A DNA stretch of 43,612 nucleotides from a virus. The stretch spans positions 1-43,612 of the IMG/VR virus record IMGVR_UViG_3300049573_000103; one strand, written 5' to 3'. The notes below the pieces were generated by a model. That model made no database searches and was not told where the DNA came from. It was given only the letters and a program-made list of their open reading frames with translations. This document shows, one piece after another, positions 24,209 through 34,314 of the stretch; position 1 is the first letter of the stretch, and each line of letters begins with the position of its first letter. The position numbers were made by a program, and so were the translations under genes.

Positions 24209-25204
24209 TTACTCGATGGTGGCCAGCGGCGACAGGAGCACGGCGGTGACGCCGATCTCGCCGGTGGTGCGATGGGCGGTGAAGCTGGCCTGCAGGCGCA
24301 CGCCCTTGGGGCCGCTGATCACCGGCGTGGTGGCGGCAAACACCAACGCGGGCACGGTGATGGTCAGTTTCTCGTTGCCTGCGGTGCCGTCGCCGGTGCC
24401 GCGCGAAAGGGTGAGCACCAGGCTGCTGTCGGTGTCGGACAGCGCGGCGTCGAGCAGGTTGCTGTCTTTCAGCAGCGCCTCCACCGTGCCGGTGGGCACC
24501 AGCTTGCCCTCGGGCAAGTCGCCGCGCTTGCCGGCGCCGCCGACCACGTAGGTGTCCTCGTCCAGGTTGTTGCTCAGGGTGAGGTCGAACTTGGTCACGT
24601 CCAGCGCCAGCGAGCCGCCGCCGAACACCAGCGTGGCGGCCAGTGCGCCGAATGCGGCGTGGCCGTTGTCGGTGGGCGAGGCCTCCAGCGGCGTGGAACT
24701 CTTGACGTAGTCCGCGCCGGCCACGGTGAAGGTGGCCTGCACGAAGCCGCTGGGCGACAGCGAGAATTGCGCCTGGCCGATGCGGCAGCCGATATAGCGC
24801 ACGTAGCGCGCGGCGGCGGTGAAGCTTGCGCCCAGATCCTCCTCCAGCTCGAAGCCGGGCGGCAGTGCGTTGGCGCCGCTGGCGGCCACGTTGAAGGTAT
24901 GGGTGTAGGGCACGGCGCTGCCGGAGGTGGTGGGCACGCCCAGCAGGTGCTTCAGCCAGAAGCCGATGGTCTGTGGTGCGGTGTTGACCTGCACCGTGCC
25001 GCTCACCGTGCGGTTGCCCGCCACGCTGCGGGTGGCGCCGCGGTAACCGTCGATGGTCTCGTCGGTGTCGCGCTGCTGGTCCGCCTTCACGTTGTTCTGC
25101 ACGTACGGCAGGATCAGCGCATCGGGCGAGGCCGGCGTGGTGCCGAAAGCAGCCTCGGTGCAGCCGATCAGGCGAACGTTGGCGCCGCGTACTTGAGTGC
25201 CCAT
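24209..25204 (-). CDS. Major tail (tube) protein
   Basis: 331-aa ORF directly upstream of the G/GT chaperone genes. Composition is beta-rich. Confidence 0.75.
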   Translation of the reverse strand: MGTQVRGANVRLIGCTEAAFGTTPASPDALILPYVQNNVKADQQRDTDETIDGYRGATRSVAGNRTVSGTVQVNTAPQTIGFWLKHLLGVPTTSGSAVPYTHTFNVAASGANALPPGFELEEDLGASFTAAARYVRYIGCRIGQAQFSLSPSGFVQATFTVAGADYVKSSTPLEASPTDNGHAAFGALAATLVFGGGSLALDVTKFDLTLSNNLDEDTYVVGGAGKRGDLPEGKLVPTGTVEALLKDSNLLDAALSDTDSSLVLTLSRGTGDGTAGNEKLTITVPALVFAATTPVISGPKGVRLQASFTAHRTTGEIGVTAVLLSPLATIE

Positions 25205-25205
25205 G

Positions 25206-25439
25206 TCACTGCTCCTCGTTGCTGTCGTCAGCCGCAGGCGCGACCGATGTGGATGGGTTCAGCTCGCGACGTGCCGCGGCTTCGTCTGCCGGGTTGGCAA
25301 AGGCCAGGCCCTTGGTGTCGACCAGGTGCACCGCCTCGGCAGCGCTCACCTGCCCGCTCTGGCCCCGGCGGATGCCGCCCACGGCAAACACACCCGGGCG
25401 CGCATTGTCGGCAAAGATCACTTCGTAGGTCTTGTTCAT
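25206..25439 (-). CDS. Hypothetical small structural-module protein
   Basis: ATG 25439 is preceded by GAGGGA. MNKTYEVIFADNARPGVFAVGGIRRGQSGQV... Confidence 0.6.
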   Translation of the reverse strand: MNKTYEVIFADNARPGVFAVGGIRRGQSGQVSAAEAVHLVDTKGLAFANPADEAAARRELNPSTSVAPAADDSNEEQ

Positions 25440-25915
25440 GGATCCCTCGCAATCGGGTAGTCGGCCTGCAGTCGGGCCACGAAACACTGCACGGGGTGGC
25501 GAACGCCCTGGTCGGGAATCCACTCCTGCAGCCACGCGCCATTCACGTCGCCGGGCTGCGGGTTGCGCAGCATCAGGCGGGCGAACAGCTCCGGCAACTG
25601 GCTGCGCTGGTCGGCGGCGGTCTCGCGATTCTGTTGGAACCACAGCAGCGCCACGTCCAGCTCGCTGGTGAAATCCTGCGACCTGTGGCCGATCACCAGG
25701 CCGTTCTCATCGCCGGTGCCCCAGCCGCTGGTCTTGCCCGGCGACTGCTCCACCACGAAACACGGCAGCAAGGCCGCGCCGATCTGCTCCCACGGCGTGT
25801 TGCCGCGGATCACGCGCGGCACCGGGGCGCCGATCAGCGCCTCGATCTCGGCGGTAAAGGTGGCGTCGCCGGCAAGCAGCGTCACCACGGCATCGGTGAA
25901 GGCTTTCAGGCCCAT
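25436..25915 (-). CDS. Tail completion / terminator-type protein (DUF3168-like)
   Basis: This is the real part of ORF 25436..26566, from ATG 25915 (MGLKAFTDAVVTLLAGDATFTAEIEALIGAPVPRVIRG...). The call rests on position and a remembered family pattern. Confidence 0.6.
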   Translation of the reverse strand: MGLKAFTDAVVTLLAGDATFTAEIEALIGAPVPRVIRGNTPWEQIGAALLPCFVVEQSPGKTSGWGTGDENGLVIGHRSQDFTSELDVALLWFQQNRETAADQRSQLPELFARLMLRNPQPGDVNGAWLQEWIPDQGVRHPVQCFVARLQADYPIARDP

Positions 25916-26328
25916 GCGGCAATGGCCCCCTCGACTTCGCGCTGAATCACCATCAGCGGCTGCTCGCTTTCCACCGCGTCGTCGATGAACAGCCGCGGCT
26001 TGTGGAACACCATGCGGTGTTTGCCGCGTCCGGCCCAGCTCGACACGTAGCCGCTGTGGATAGCGGCGGCGTACGCGGCAGTGTTGAAGATGTACGCCAC
26101 GGTGGGCGACTCGATCTGCATGCCCTGGTTGGCGCGCAGGCCGCCAGGCGTGCGCACCGGCACGGGATACGTCCACGGCGCCGCCTTGCGGCTGCCGCTG
26201 AGGTTCTTGATCGCCGCGCGGTTCACCGCCGTGGCGGCTTTCTTCATGCCGCGGCTCAGCGCGGCGGTCAGCGCGTTCACCAGCGCCAGCAGGCGCTTGC
26301 TCATCTGCGCGGGCGTGTAGGCGGCCAT
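25906..26328 (-). CDS. HK97 gp10-like neck / tail-completion protein
   Basis: 140-aa ORF. The call rests on its position between the connector and the tail terminator, and on resemblance to HK97 gp10-family proteins as I recall them. Confidence 0.6.
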   Translation of the reverse strand: MAAYTPAQMSKRLLALVNALTAALSRGMKKAATAVNRAAIKNLSGSRKAAPWTYPVPVRTPGGLRANQGMQIESPTVAYIFNTAAYAAAIHSGYVSSWAGRGKHRMVFHKPRLFIDDAVESEQPLMVIQREVEGAIAAWA

Positions 26329-26819
26329 CAGCCCACCCCGACGACGCTGGTGGTGGTGAGCGGGTAGCGGCCGGTTTCCACCACGCCGGCGGCCAGGCCG
26401 CTGCCCTCGAACAGCGTGGTGTCGTCCACGCCACTGGCGCGCAGCGACTCGGCCAGCCAGTACAGCGCATTCTGCAGCGCCTCCTCGGCTTTCTTGCGCA
26501 GTTCGGCCAGCACCATGGCTTCATCCTTGTTGCTGCCGGATGCCGCATTGCTCTCGTAGTACGCATAGCGCCGGCGGTACAGCACCATGGACGAATACTG
26601 CACCTCGGCCTGGCGTGCGCTGTCCTCGGCGTAGCTGCCGGACGGCATGGCGCCGTAGACCGTCGCGCCGCACTTCTGCTCCACCCACAGGCTGGCGGAT
26701 TTCAGCACGCGCGCCAGGTAGCCCGTGGCCGGCGTGTCGAAATCCGCAGGCATGCCGAACTGCGAGGCGGTGAATCCCTCGTCTTGCAGGTCCGCGATGG
26801 TGGCCTTGGGTGCGCTCAT
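26328..26819 (-). CDS. Head-tail connector / adaptor protein
   Basis: 163 aa from ATG 26819. It is the first gene after the terminator that follows the capsid gene. Confidence 0.55.
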   Translation of the reverse strand: MSAPKATIADLQDEGFTASQFGMPADFDTPATGYLARVLKSASLWVEQKCGATVYGAMPSGSYAEDSARQAEVQYSSMVLYRRRYAYYESNAASGSNKDEAMVLAELRKKAEEALQNALYWLAESLRASGVDDTTLFEGSGLAAGVVETGRYPLTTTSVVGVG

Positions 26820-26830
26820 GCTGCCTCGTT

Positions 26831-26864
26831 CGAAAAATGCCGCGCGGGGTGACCGCGCGGCATT
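26831..26864 (-). terminator. Rho-independent terminator after the major capsid gene
   Basis: AATGCCGCGCGG-ggtga-CCGCGCGGCATT is a perfect 12-bp stem at 26836-26864. On the minus strand it is followed by TTTTTCGAA. Confidence 0.7.
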
Positions 26865-26889
26865 CGTGGATGCCTGCCCGGTTGACCGA

Positions 26890-27963
26890 TCAGGTGAACT
26901 TGACGCGCGCCACCTGAGCGGTATCGCCGATCGCTGCATTCGCCTGGAACGTGCCCACGTAGTCGCTGGCGCGCACGTAGATGTTGCGGGCCGACTCGAT
27001 GGTCAGGTCCATCCAGTTGCCGCGCTTCAGCTTGCGGCCCGGCAGCACCAGGTAATAGCCACCGAGATCGGCCGGCAGGTTCGCCGTGGCGATCACCGCC
27101 TGCACGCGCACCGTGATCGGCTGCACGTTCGCCTGGTAGGCCACCACCAGGCTGCCCGCCGTGGCGGTCAGCATCTTGGTGATACGGCCCACGTCTTCCG
27201 GCGCGCAGTAGATCAGGAATCCCGCGTTGCTGCCGGCGCCATAACCCTTGCCCTTCACCGCACGCAGGATCTTCGCGGCGGCCTTGTTCAAGGTCTTGGT
27301 GTCGTCGGTGTCGAATGCCACGTCGACGCCGCTGCTCAGCGCGGTGAACAGGTCGTAGTGCCAGCTGGCCAGCTTGTCCTGCGCTTTGGCGTTGAACTCC
27401 GCCACGGTGTCGCTGACCGCCCACCACTTCTGGAAGCGCAGCCAGTCGTCCAGGATGCCCACGCCATCGGCGAAGGTGCACACGCTGACGCTCATCTTGC
27501 TGTCGGTCACGCCGCGGCGAATCTTCACCTCGGCACCCGGCTTGTACTGCTGGAACGTGATGCCGTTGTTCGCGTCCAGGATCTCGAACGTATCCTGGTT
27601 GCTCGAGCGCATGTCCACCAGGTCGAAAGCCTGCTGGTAGCCCAGGTCCATGTCCGGCATGTTGGTGTGGAAGAACTCCACCACGCGGTTGCTGGCGTCG
27701 ACCAGGTTGGGGTTGTCGCCGGGCACCGCCCACTTGGTGGACAGGTGCGCCTTGACGCGCTCCACGCTGGGCACCACCAGGTTGCCCTCCTTGCCGCCGA
27801 TGACCTTGATGCCGTCCACCGTGGCGATGCGCGGCGAACCACCCAACTCGCCGAACAGGGCCGGCAGGTTGAAGTCGGTGTTGATCGCCTGTTCCAGGGC
27901 CTTGAGCTGCTCGCCCTGGTCGGCAATGGTGCCGAGCTTTTCGAACTTGCTGAAAGTGCGCAT
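26890..27963 (-). CDS. Major capsid protein
   Basis: 357-aa ORF preceded by AAGGAG. It sits after the protease/scaffold and decoration genes and is followed by a strong terminator. Confidence 0.85.
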   Translation of the reverse strand: MRTFSKFEKLGTIADQGEQLKALEQAINTDFNLPALFGELGGSPRIATVDGIKVIGGKEGNLVVPSVERVKAHLSTKWAVPGDNPNLVDASNRVVEFFHTNMPDMDLGYQQAFDLVDMRSSNQDTFEILDANNGITFQQYKPGAEVKIRRGVTDSKMSVSVCTFADGVGILDDWLRFQKWWAVSDTVAEFNAKAQDKLASWHYDLFTALSSGVDVAFDTDDTKTLNKAAAKILRAVKGKGYGAGSNAGFLIYCAPEDVGRITKMLTATAGSLVVAYQANVQPITVRVQAVIATANLPADLGGYYLVLPGRKLKRGNWMDLTIESARNIYVRASDYVGTFQANAAIGDTAQVARVKFT

Positions 27964-27976
27964 GTGGGCTGGCTCC

Positions 27977-28324
27977 TTAGGCCGCGAAAGCGTTGAAGGC
28001 GATCAGGCCGGTGGTGGCGTCGCCCGACAGCGCCGGTTCGATCGCATAACCGACCAGCGTGTTCGAAGTGGCCACGTTGGTGAACGCCTTGGCCGCGTTG
28101 TCCCAGTACACCTTGTCGCCCACGGCCAGTGCCACGGCCGCCTTGGCGCCGCCGCTGATCTCGGCTTCATACGTGAAGCCGTTCAGCGCGTTGGCGTCCG
28201 CCGTGCTGGTGGGGATGAGCAGGTGCGAATTGATCAACACCGGCACGTGCGCGGTGGTGGCCGCGGTGTGCGACATCTGCAGGGTCTTGATCTGCGATGC
28301 CGGGGAGCGAACTTGCAGCGTCAT
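27977..28324 (-). CDS. Head decoration-type protein (DUF2190-like)
   Basis: 115-aa ORF preceded by AGGAGA. The size, Ala/Gly-rich beta-type sequence and its position just upstream of the capsid gene all fit. Confidence 0.65.
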   Translation of the reverse strand: MTLQVRSPASQIKTLQMSHTAATTAHVPVLINSHLLIPTSTADANALNGFTYEAEISGGAKAAVALAVGDKVYWDNAAKAFTNVATSNTLVGYAIEPALSGDATTGLIAFNAFAA

Positions 28325-28339
28325 GGCTGTCTCCTGGGG

Positions 28340-29425
28340 TTACGCCGCGAGGGCCGGGTTGTTGATCGGGGAATCGGCCGGCGCTTCCTGGGTGCCGGGG
28401 CCGCCGGCATTGGTGTTCGCGCCCTTGATCGCGCCGCTGCCCGGCAGGCGCTTCTCGTAGCCCTTCTGCATGGTCTGCAGGCGCTCCACGCTGAACTCGC
28501 CCAGGAACGCCTTGGCGGCGGCCACGTCTTCCGGCGTGTCGCCGGTCATCTTCAGCTGCCGCTCGAGGGCGATTACCTCGTCGACCAGCGAGGCCTTGAA
28601 CGCCTTGGCGTCAGCCACGTAGGCCTTGAGCTGCGCCGGGTTCTCCACCAGCGCGGCGTCGTCGCCCAGTGCGGTCTTGATCGCGGCCAGCGCGGTGGTG
28701 GCCTTGTCGCCGGATGCAGCCTTGGCATTCAGCGCGTCGAAGTCTTCCTGCTTGATGTCCATGACATGCTCCAGCGTGGGGTCAGGGGTTTCGGGTGACT
28801 CGTGGGTTGCGCCTTTGACGGCGCGGGCGCCGGGCTGGGCGCCAAGCCACACCAGCGACATTTCCAGCGCCTTGGCCGGGCCCATCCAGCGGCGGGCGGT
28901 CAGCTCGTTGCCTTGCGCGTCGGTCACCTTCTGCAGCGACTGCGCGGTGAAGCCGATGGATACGTCGCCGGCAATGCCGGCGTCCTGCTTGATCAGCAGG
29001 CTGGCGTTGTCGGGGGTCTTCGCGAAAAACGCGGATGCCAGCAGCAGCTTGGCCTGGCTACGATCCGGGGGCAGCTGCAGGTCGGGCTCGCGCAGCAGCG
29101 TGCGCGCCTCGTCCAGGCTCATGGTCTTGGTGCTGGTGGCGTAGACGCGGCCCTCGGCCGGGCCACCATCACCCTGCCAGCTGCTGGGGTGCTTGATGTA
29201 CACCCCTTTGCCCGGCAGGGTGCGGGCGAAGTCGTCCAGCACTCCCTCGTCGAAAATCTCGTTGTCGCGGTCGATGCAGTTGTGCGCCAGCACGTACTCG
29301 CGCACCTGCAGCTCGTCGGCGGCGAAATCGCGCAGCGTGTATGCGCGGATGGCAGCCAGCGCGGCATCATCTGCCGCCTCGGCCGCCTTCACGCGCAACG
29401 CCAGCGATTTCTGCTGCACACTCAC
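28340..29425 (-). CDS. Prohead protease / scaffold fusion candidate
   Basis: 361 aa with a GTG start and a GTGA overlap. The globular N-terminal half is followed by an Ala/Lys/Glu-rich helical C-terminal half. It lies between the portal and the capsid gene. Confidence 0.55.
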   Translation of the reverse strand: MSVQQKSLALRVKAAEAADDAALAAIRAYTLRDFAADELQVREYVLAHNCIDRDNEIFDEGVLDDFARTLPGKGVYIKHPSSWQGDGGPAEGRVYATSTKTMSLDEARTLLREPDLQLPPDRSQAKLLLASAFFAKTPDNASLLIKQDAGIAGDVSIGFTAQSLQKVTDAQGNELTARRWMGPAKALEMSLVWLGAQPGARAVKGATHESPETPDPTLEHVMDIKQEDFDALNAKAASGDKATTALAAIKTALGDDAALVENPAQLKAYVADAKAFKASLVDEVIALERQLKMTGDTPEDVAAAKAFLGEFSVERLQTMQKGYEKRLPGSGAIKGANTNAGGPGTQEAPADSPINNPALAA

Positions 29426-29805
29426 TTCGTGCGCGCCTCGCGTACCGGCTTGATGTTGGCCACGCGCCAGGCGGCCTGCTCACCGTCGAGCGGGCCGGTG
29501 TAGTCCGGGTGGCGGAAGTCGGTGGCCGGGATCTTTTCGACGGTGGGGATCTTCCCGGCGCCCTTCGGCGCCGGGTCGACCTTTTCACCACCGCCCGTGG
29601 GAGTCTTGTCGCCCTGCTCGTCGCCGGGCTCGCCATCCAGCGCGATCAGCGCGGCGTCGATGGCCGCCAGCGCGGTCGCACGATTCTTGCCGGCCGCTTC
29701 CTGCGCCTGCAGTTCCACCAGGCTTTCGCGGTCCAGCGACGGCAGCTGCTCGGTGAGCTTGTCCACCGACAGGTCCAGCACTTCACTGATCTGGTTCTTG
29801 TCCAT
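29422..29805 (-). CDS. Hypothetical head-module protein
   Basis: ORF 29422..29808 with a probable ATG at 29805. The sequence is acidic and Gly/Pro-rich. Confidence 0.55.
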   Translation of the reverse strand: MDKNQISEVLDLSVDKLTEQLPSLDRESLVELQAQEAAGKNRATALAAIDAALIALDGEPGDEQGDKTPTGGGEKVDPAPKGAGKIPTVEKIPATDFRHPDYTGPLDGEQAAWRVANIKPVREARTK

Positions 29806-29900
29806 CACATGGCAGCCTCTGCGCGTAGATGTGCGACTCAGTAGGCTGCATCAGACTTCAATCCCGCGATGCGTTTCCATGCGCGGATGTGCCACGCGGA

Positions 29901-32078
29901 TCAGTCGTCCGCGCGGCCCGCGATCACGCAGAAGCAACCCGGGTGCGAGTCGCGCACGGGGATCGGGCCGGTGGCCACGTCGTAGGGGCCGGCGGCTTTG
30001 ATCTTTTCGCAGATGGTGCAGGCCTCGGGCGCGGTGATCCAGTCGTACTGGCTGATACCCATACCGGTGAGCGCGGTTTTCTGACCCATGGCATGGCTGG
30101 CGGAAATCTCGCTGCCGGCCAGGCGCTCCCAGTCGTAGGTGTGGGCGTCGAACTTCTTTCGCAGCTCGGCGGCCACCTGGCGCGGGTTGATGCCGTTGTA
30201 TGCGGCGTCCTGCAGCGCTTGCACGATGTCGTTTTCGTACACGCGCACGGTGGTTTTCTGCAGCACGCTGTGCAGCTCGGCCGGCAACGCGGCGGCACGC
30301 TGGGCGCGGGCGGCAGCGATGATGGTGTCGGCGCCGGCGGGGCCGTCGCCTGCTTCGGCGGTGTTGGCAATGCCGCGGATCCATGCTTGCAGCACCTGCT
30401 CCACCAGCGCGCTGTCGGCGCCGGATTGGTCAAGGATGAACTGCGTCTGCAGCTGCAGTAGTTGCTGCAGCATGCTCACGGGGTCAAACGCGAACGCCTG
30501 CGGCGCCTTGCCGGCAAGCGGCAAGCCCAGCACGCGCAGGGTGTCGTCGGCCAGCGTGTCCCACGCATCCTGCAGGGCGCGGGTGGCGGCGCGCTGGATG
30601 CGCGGCAGCGCGGGGTCGTCGATGGCCCAGGTCTCTGCAGCGGCCTTGTGCACGTGCGCCGGCTCGTCGGCGGACTTTAGCAGCGTGCGCAGCGCGGCGC
30701 GCACGATCGGATCCAGGTCATCCAGCGCGCCGACCATGGCAGCCTTGCCCGGCTGGGTGTCGGGGTCGTTCTGTTGGGCGGGGTCGGCGGCGGGCAGCGC
30801 GCCGCCGTTGGCCTGCATCAGCGCGGTTTGCGCGTTGAGGAACCCCGCCTGGGCGCGCTTCAGCTCGTCGCGCAGGTTGGGCAGGTTCTGCACCAGCTTC
30901 CAGTCGCCCGGGCGCCAGGTGAGTCCGCGACCGCGCAGCCACGTTTCCGTGAGGCGGTTGAGGCCGGGGCTGCGCGCTTCGAAACGGGTTTTGCTTTCCT
31001 GCAGCACCACCTCGGCCTGGTTGTCGGCCATGCGCTCGGCGGTGCCGCCGCTCATGCCCATCATCCATGCCGGCAGGCCACCCTTGGCCAGCACCTGCTC
31101 CACCATTTGCCGCGCCGGCATCTCGATTTCCAGCACCTGGCCATCGTGGCCAATCACGGTGACAGTGATGTCGTCGTCGGCGCCCACCGCCGTGGTGAAG
31201 TCAGCGCTGTTGCCGTTGCGCTTGGCGGTCAGCGCGGCCTGCAGGTTGTCGGCCAGCAGCTTGCGGCGGGCGTCCAGCGCGCCATCCTTCAGCGCTCGGT
31301 TCTTGGTCTTGTAGTTCACGTGGAACACGGGGTCGCCGAAGCGGTCCCAGGCCTGCCCGGTCGCGTTGTGCATCTTCAGCAGGATCTGGCCGACGAACTC
31401 GATACTGCGCATGATGCTCACGCCGTAGGGCTGGTCGTTCTCGGGGTTGAACGCGCCGTAGACCAGCCGCGCCGGGTCAATCTGGGTATAGCCCTTGCTC
31501 TGCAGCGTGCTCACGTTGAGCTGGCGGCCGTTGTTGCGTAGCACGGTCTCCACCGCGTCGGTACCGTCGCGCCGCCCGGCGGTGTTGGGCAGCGGCGGCA
31601 GATACCACGTCTGCAGCTGGCCGGTATCGGTGTCGCGGTGGAACAGCACGCCCTTGCTGTCGGCCACGCGCAGGCCGATCAGCTCGCGCCCGCGCCGGTC
31701 GAACACCATTTCGCCCACGGTGAAACCCTGCTCGTACAGCTCATTGCCCTGCGCGGCGTAGAAGGATTGCAGCCCGGTCTGCAGATCGCCCACCGGCATG
31801 GCGCCGATCAGCTCGCGCTCGATCAGCTGGGTGAGCTTGTCGTTATCGCCCTCCACCGCAATGATGCCGTCCACCGTCACCATGCGGTTTATCAGGCCGT
31901 CGAGGATGCCCAGCGACTCGCGCAGGGCTTCGTAGAACCATGGGTTCACCGTGCGCGGCACAAAGCCGTTGATCTGCGTCGTCCACGGACCCATCGCCAT
32001 CCCGGCCCGCGCGATCGCGCTGCTGCCGATGTCGTTGGATTTGCGGCCGGCGAACCAGGTGCGGGGGTTGATGTTCAT
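29901..32078 (-). CDS. Portal protein fused to a Mu F-like minor head (morphogenesis) domain
   Basis: 725 aa from ATG 32078, preceded by GGAGA. The C-terminus ...DWITAPEACTICEKIKAAGPYDV...VRDSHPGCFCV matches the Mu F / SPP1 gp7 family HP.C.C motif as I recall it. Confidence 0.8.
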   Translation of the reverse strand: MNINPRTWFAGRKSNDIGSSAIARAGMAMGPWTTQINGFVPRTVNPWFYEALRESLGILDGLINRMVTVDGIIAVEGDNDKLTQLIERELIGAMPVGDLQTGLQSFYAAQGNELYEQGFTVGEMVFDRRGRELIGLRVADSKGVLFHRDTDTGQLQTWYLPPLPNTAGRRDGTDAVETVLRNNGRQLNVSTLQSKGYTQIDPARLVYGAFNPENDQPYGVSIMRSIEFVGQILLKMHNATGQAWDRFGDPVFHVNYKTKNRALKDGALDARRKLLADNLQAALTAKRNGNSADFTTAVGADDDITVTVIGHDGQVLEIEMPARQMVEQVLAKGGLPAWMMGMSGGTAERMADNQAEVVLQESKTRFEARSPGLNRLTETWLRGRGLTWRPGDWKLVQNLPNLRDELKRAQAGFLNAQTALMQANGGALPAADPAQQNDPDTQPGKAAMVGALDDLDPIVRAALRTLLKSADEPAHVHKAAAETWAIDDPALPRIQRAATRALQDAWDTLADDTLRVLGLPLAGKAPQAFAFDPVSMLQQLLQLQTQFILDQSGADSALVEQVLQAWIRGIANTAEAGDGPAGADTIIAAARAQRAAALPAELHSVLQKTTVRVYENDIVQALQDAAYNGINPRQVAAELRKKFDAHTYDWERLAGSEISASHAMGQKTALTGMGISQYDWITAPEACTICEKIKAAGPYDVATGPIPVRDSHPGCFCVIAGRADD

Positions 32079-32431
32079 GCAGTGATCTCCGGCAGCTCGA
32101 CGGTCTGGCCGGCGAGCGAGTGCGTGCAGTCGGGTAGGAACTGGATGTGGCCGTCGCGGACGTAGGAATGGCAGATGCCGCACGGCCAATCCCACGGATC
32201 TTCATCGGGGAATCGCTCTTGGAAATCGCAGGCGCAGTTTCCAGGCACCGGTGGGTCATTGCAGAAATGGCCGGTGCGAACCAGGACCGACGGGCTCAGG
32301 GTCGGCCTATCCATGTCGCCGTTGAAGTCCCAGTGCGGGCTTCCGGCACCGATGTTGACGATATGGCTATCGCCGCAACCAGGGCACTTGAACCGAAGGC
32401 CCGAATCACCAGCATGCTTCGCTTTGCTCAT
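32075..32431 (-). CDS. Cys/His-rich zinc-binding-type protein between the terminase and the portal
   Basis: MSKAKHAGDSGLRFKCPGCGDSHIVNIG...WDFNGDMDRPTLSPSVL...CGICHSYVRDGHIQFLPDCTH. There are ATGA overlaps. Local GC is lower. Confidence 0.7.
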   Translation of the reverse strand: MSKAKHAGDSGLRFKCPGCGDSHIVNIGAGSPHWDFNGDMDRPTLSPSVLVRTGHFCNDPPVPGNCACDFQERFPDEDPWDWPCGICHSYVRDGHIQFLPDCTHSLAGQTVELPEITA

Positions 32432-34314
32432 GCCGCCCGCGCCTCCGTCCCGCAGCTGAAAACATCCACTTCCCCGCCCGCCTCGTCGTAGAGCTTGCGC
32501 AGCATCTGCATGCGCCGCGCGTCGATGTCGTGGTCGTCCTTCTTCGCGTAGATCGGCCACTTGGTGCCCTGGCGGGCGGTGTGGTTGGTCATGTGGTTGA
32601 GCACCTCCACGTCGTAGGCCATCGCGTAGCCGTTGGCCTGCAGGCGCTGGCTGATGCACTGCGTGGCCCAGTGCTTGGCCGGTGCGCGCACGATGGTTTC
32701 GCCACCGCCGTCGTCGCGGGCGCGGTCCACCAGCGGCTCGCCGTCTTCGCCCACGCAGTCCACCGCGTTGCTGAACTGGTAGCCGGTCATGACCTCGTCG
32801 AAGTGCTGGTCGGCATAGGCCTCCATGGTCTGCAGGTCTTTCACCACCACGGTGCCGGCGCTGCCCAGGTCGACGCCCCAATGCGGCAGGCCGCCGAACA
32901 GCTCCTGCAGGCAATAGATCAGCTCGCGCTGAATGTAGTAATCCACGCCGCGGGCGTTGATGCGCAGCACGTCCTGTAGCTGCGGGCCGCGCTGTTCGCT
33001 GATGATGATTTCCGTGGGGTCGTTGGTCTCGCCCAGGTCGGCGCCGGCCCAGTACACGCCGGCGGTGGCGCCGGTGAGGTATTCGCGCAGCAGCGCGCGC
33101 ATGGCCTGGCGGCGCTCGGCGTCGTTGCGGCTGGCGAACGGCGCCAGCGCCAGCGTGCCGTCGAACAGCCAGTCGTAACTGCCGGACTTGCGACCTTGCT
33201 CCACGTGGAGCACTACACGTTTCACGGCCACGTGCAGCTCGCCGCGCTGGCGGTCGATGTTGAGGGTCAGCACGCGGTAGTCGGGCAGCTCGTGCACGTT
33301 GGGCAGCAGCAGATCCCAACTCCACACCGGGTTCTCGGCCTCGCCGTGCTCACCCAGCACGTTTCGCTTATAGCCAGGCGTGTGGCGACCGCCGTACAAC
33401 CGGATGAACTCCGCATCGCGCTCTGGCGTCCAGAACGGCGGCGGCATGATGGTTTTTGGCCAGTGGAACAGTCGCCATCCGGGCTTGGTGACCGGAAGAT
33501 CAATCACGGCGGATGTGGTCACGTTGAAATATTCGGTGCTTCGATCGCCGTCCGTCACCGAGTACACGCGTTTGCGGCACCCCGGCTCGCATGATCGCCA
33601 GAACTCACTCCATTGCACCGCGCGTTTCATTTTTGCCGCTTCGTCGACCAATGCCATGCCGTTGACGTGCACACCACGGAACGCTTCGCCATCGTGGCCC
33701 GCGGGGCGGTAGTACACGCGGCCGATGCCGGGCTTTTCCGTCTCGCCCAGCGGGATGGTGAGAAAGCGCTGCATCATGTGCGGCGTGCGCTTGGGCTGCA
33801 GCCAGAACTGGCTTAGCAGCGAGCCGCGCGCCTCGGCGCGCCCTTCCTGCGCGCCCACCTGGCCCTCGATGGCCAGAATGATCTCGTCCAGGTGCGTCTG
33901 CTGCGGCGCGCCCACCAGCATCCACGGCCGGCGCACGGTGAACCCCATCGACGTGCATTGGCCCCACAGGATCAGCACCGTGATCTCGCGCGTCTTGCCG
34001 ACCTCGGCGCCGTCCTGGTGCACCACGTCCTGCCGCCAGCTGCGCACGCTCTCGCGCTGGTAGTCGAAGAACTGCCACGGCTCGCCGGTGCGCGGCTCCA
34101 CCATGAACGTTTCCGCCCACCGCACCGGGTCGACGAACACGAACAGGAACATGGCCTGCTCCAGCGTGATGCCGTAATCGCCCCGCGACAACGCCTGCCA
34201 CGCCCAGCCCTTCTCGCACAGCCACGCGTCGAACTCGTCCGGCGCGAACACGCCGCGCGCGTCCATCTGGCGCAGCACGTCGTGATCGGCGGTGGGCAGG
34301 CGGCGCTTAGCCAT
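32428..34314 (-). CDS. terL: Terminase large subunit
   Basis: 628 aa from ATG 34314. It has a P-loop-like QDGAEVGKTRE and sits immediately upstream of the portal module. Confidence 0.8.
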   Translation of the reverse strand: MAKRRLPTADHDVLRQMDARGVFAPDEFDAWLCEKGWAWQALSRGDYGITLEQAMFLFVFVDPVRWAETFMVEPRTGEPWQFFDYQRESVRSWRQDVVHQDGAEVGKTREITVLILWGQCTSMGFTVRRPWMLVGAPQQTHLDEIILAIEGQVGAQEGRAEARGSLLSQFWLQPKRTPHMMQRFLTIPLGETEKPGIGRVYYRPAGHDGEAFRGVHVNGMALVDEAAKMKRAVQWSEFWRSCEPGCRKRVYSVTDGDRSTEYFNVTTSAVIDLPVTKPGWRLFHWPKTIMPPPFWTPERDAEFIRLYGGRHTPGYKRNVLGEHGEAENPVWSWDLLLPNVHELPDYRVLTLNIDRQRGELHVAVKRVVLHVEQGRKSGSYDWLFDGTLALAPFASRNDAERRQAMRALLREYLTGATAGVYWAGADLGETNDPTEIIISEQRGPQLQDVLRINARGVDYYIQRELIYCLQELFGGLPHWGVDLGSAGTVVVKDLQTMEAYADQHFDEVMTGYQFSNAVDCVGEDGEPLVDRARDDGGGETIVRAPAKHWATQCISQRLQANGYAMAYDVEVLNHMTNHTARQGTKWPIYAKKDDHDIDARRMQMLRKLYDEAGGEVDVFSCGTEARAA

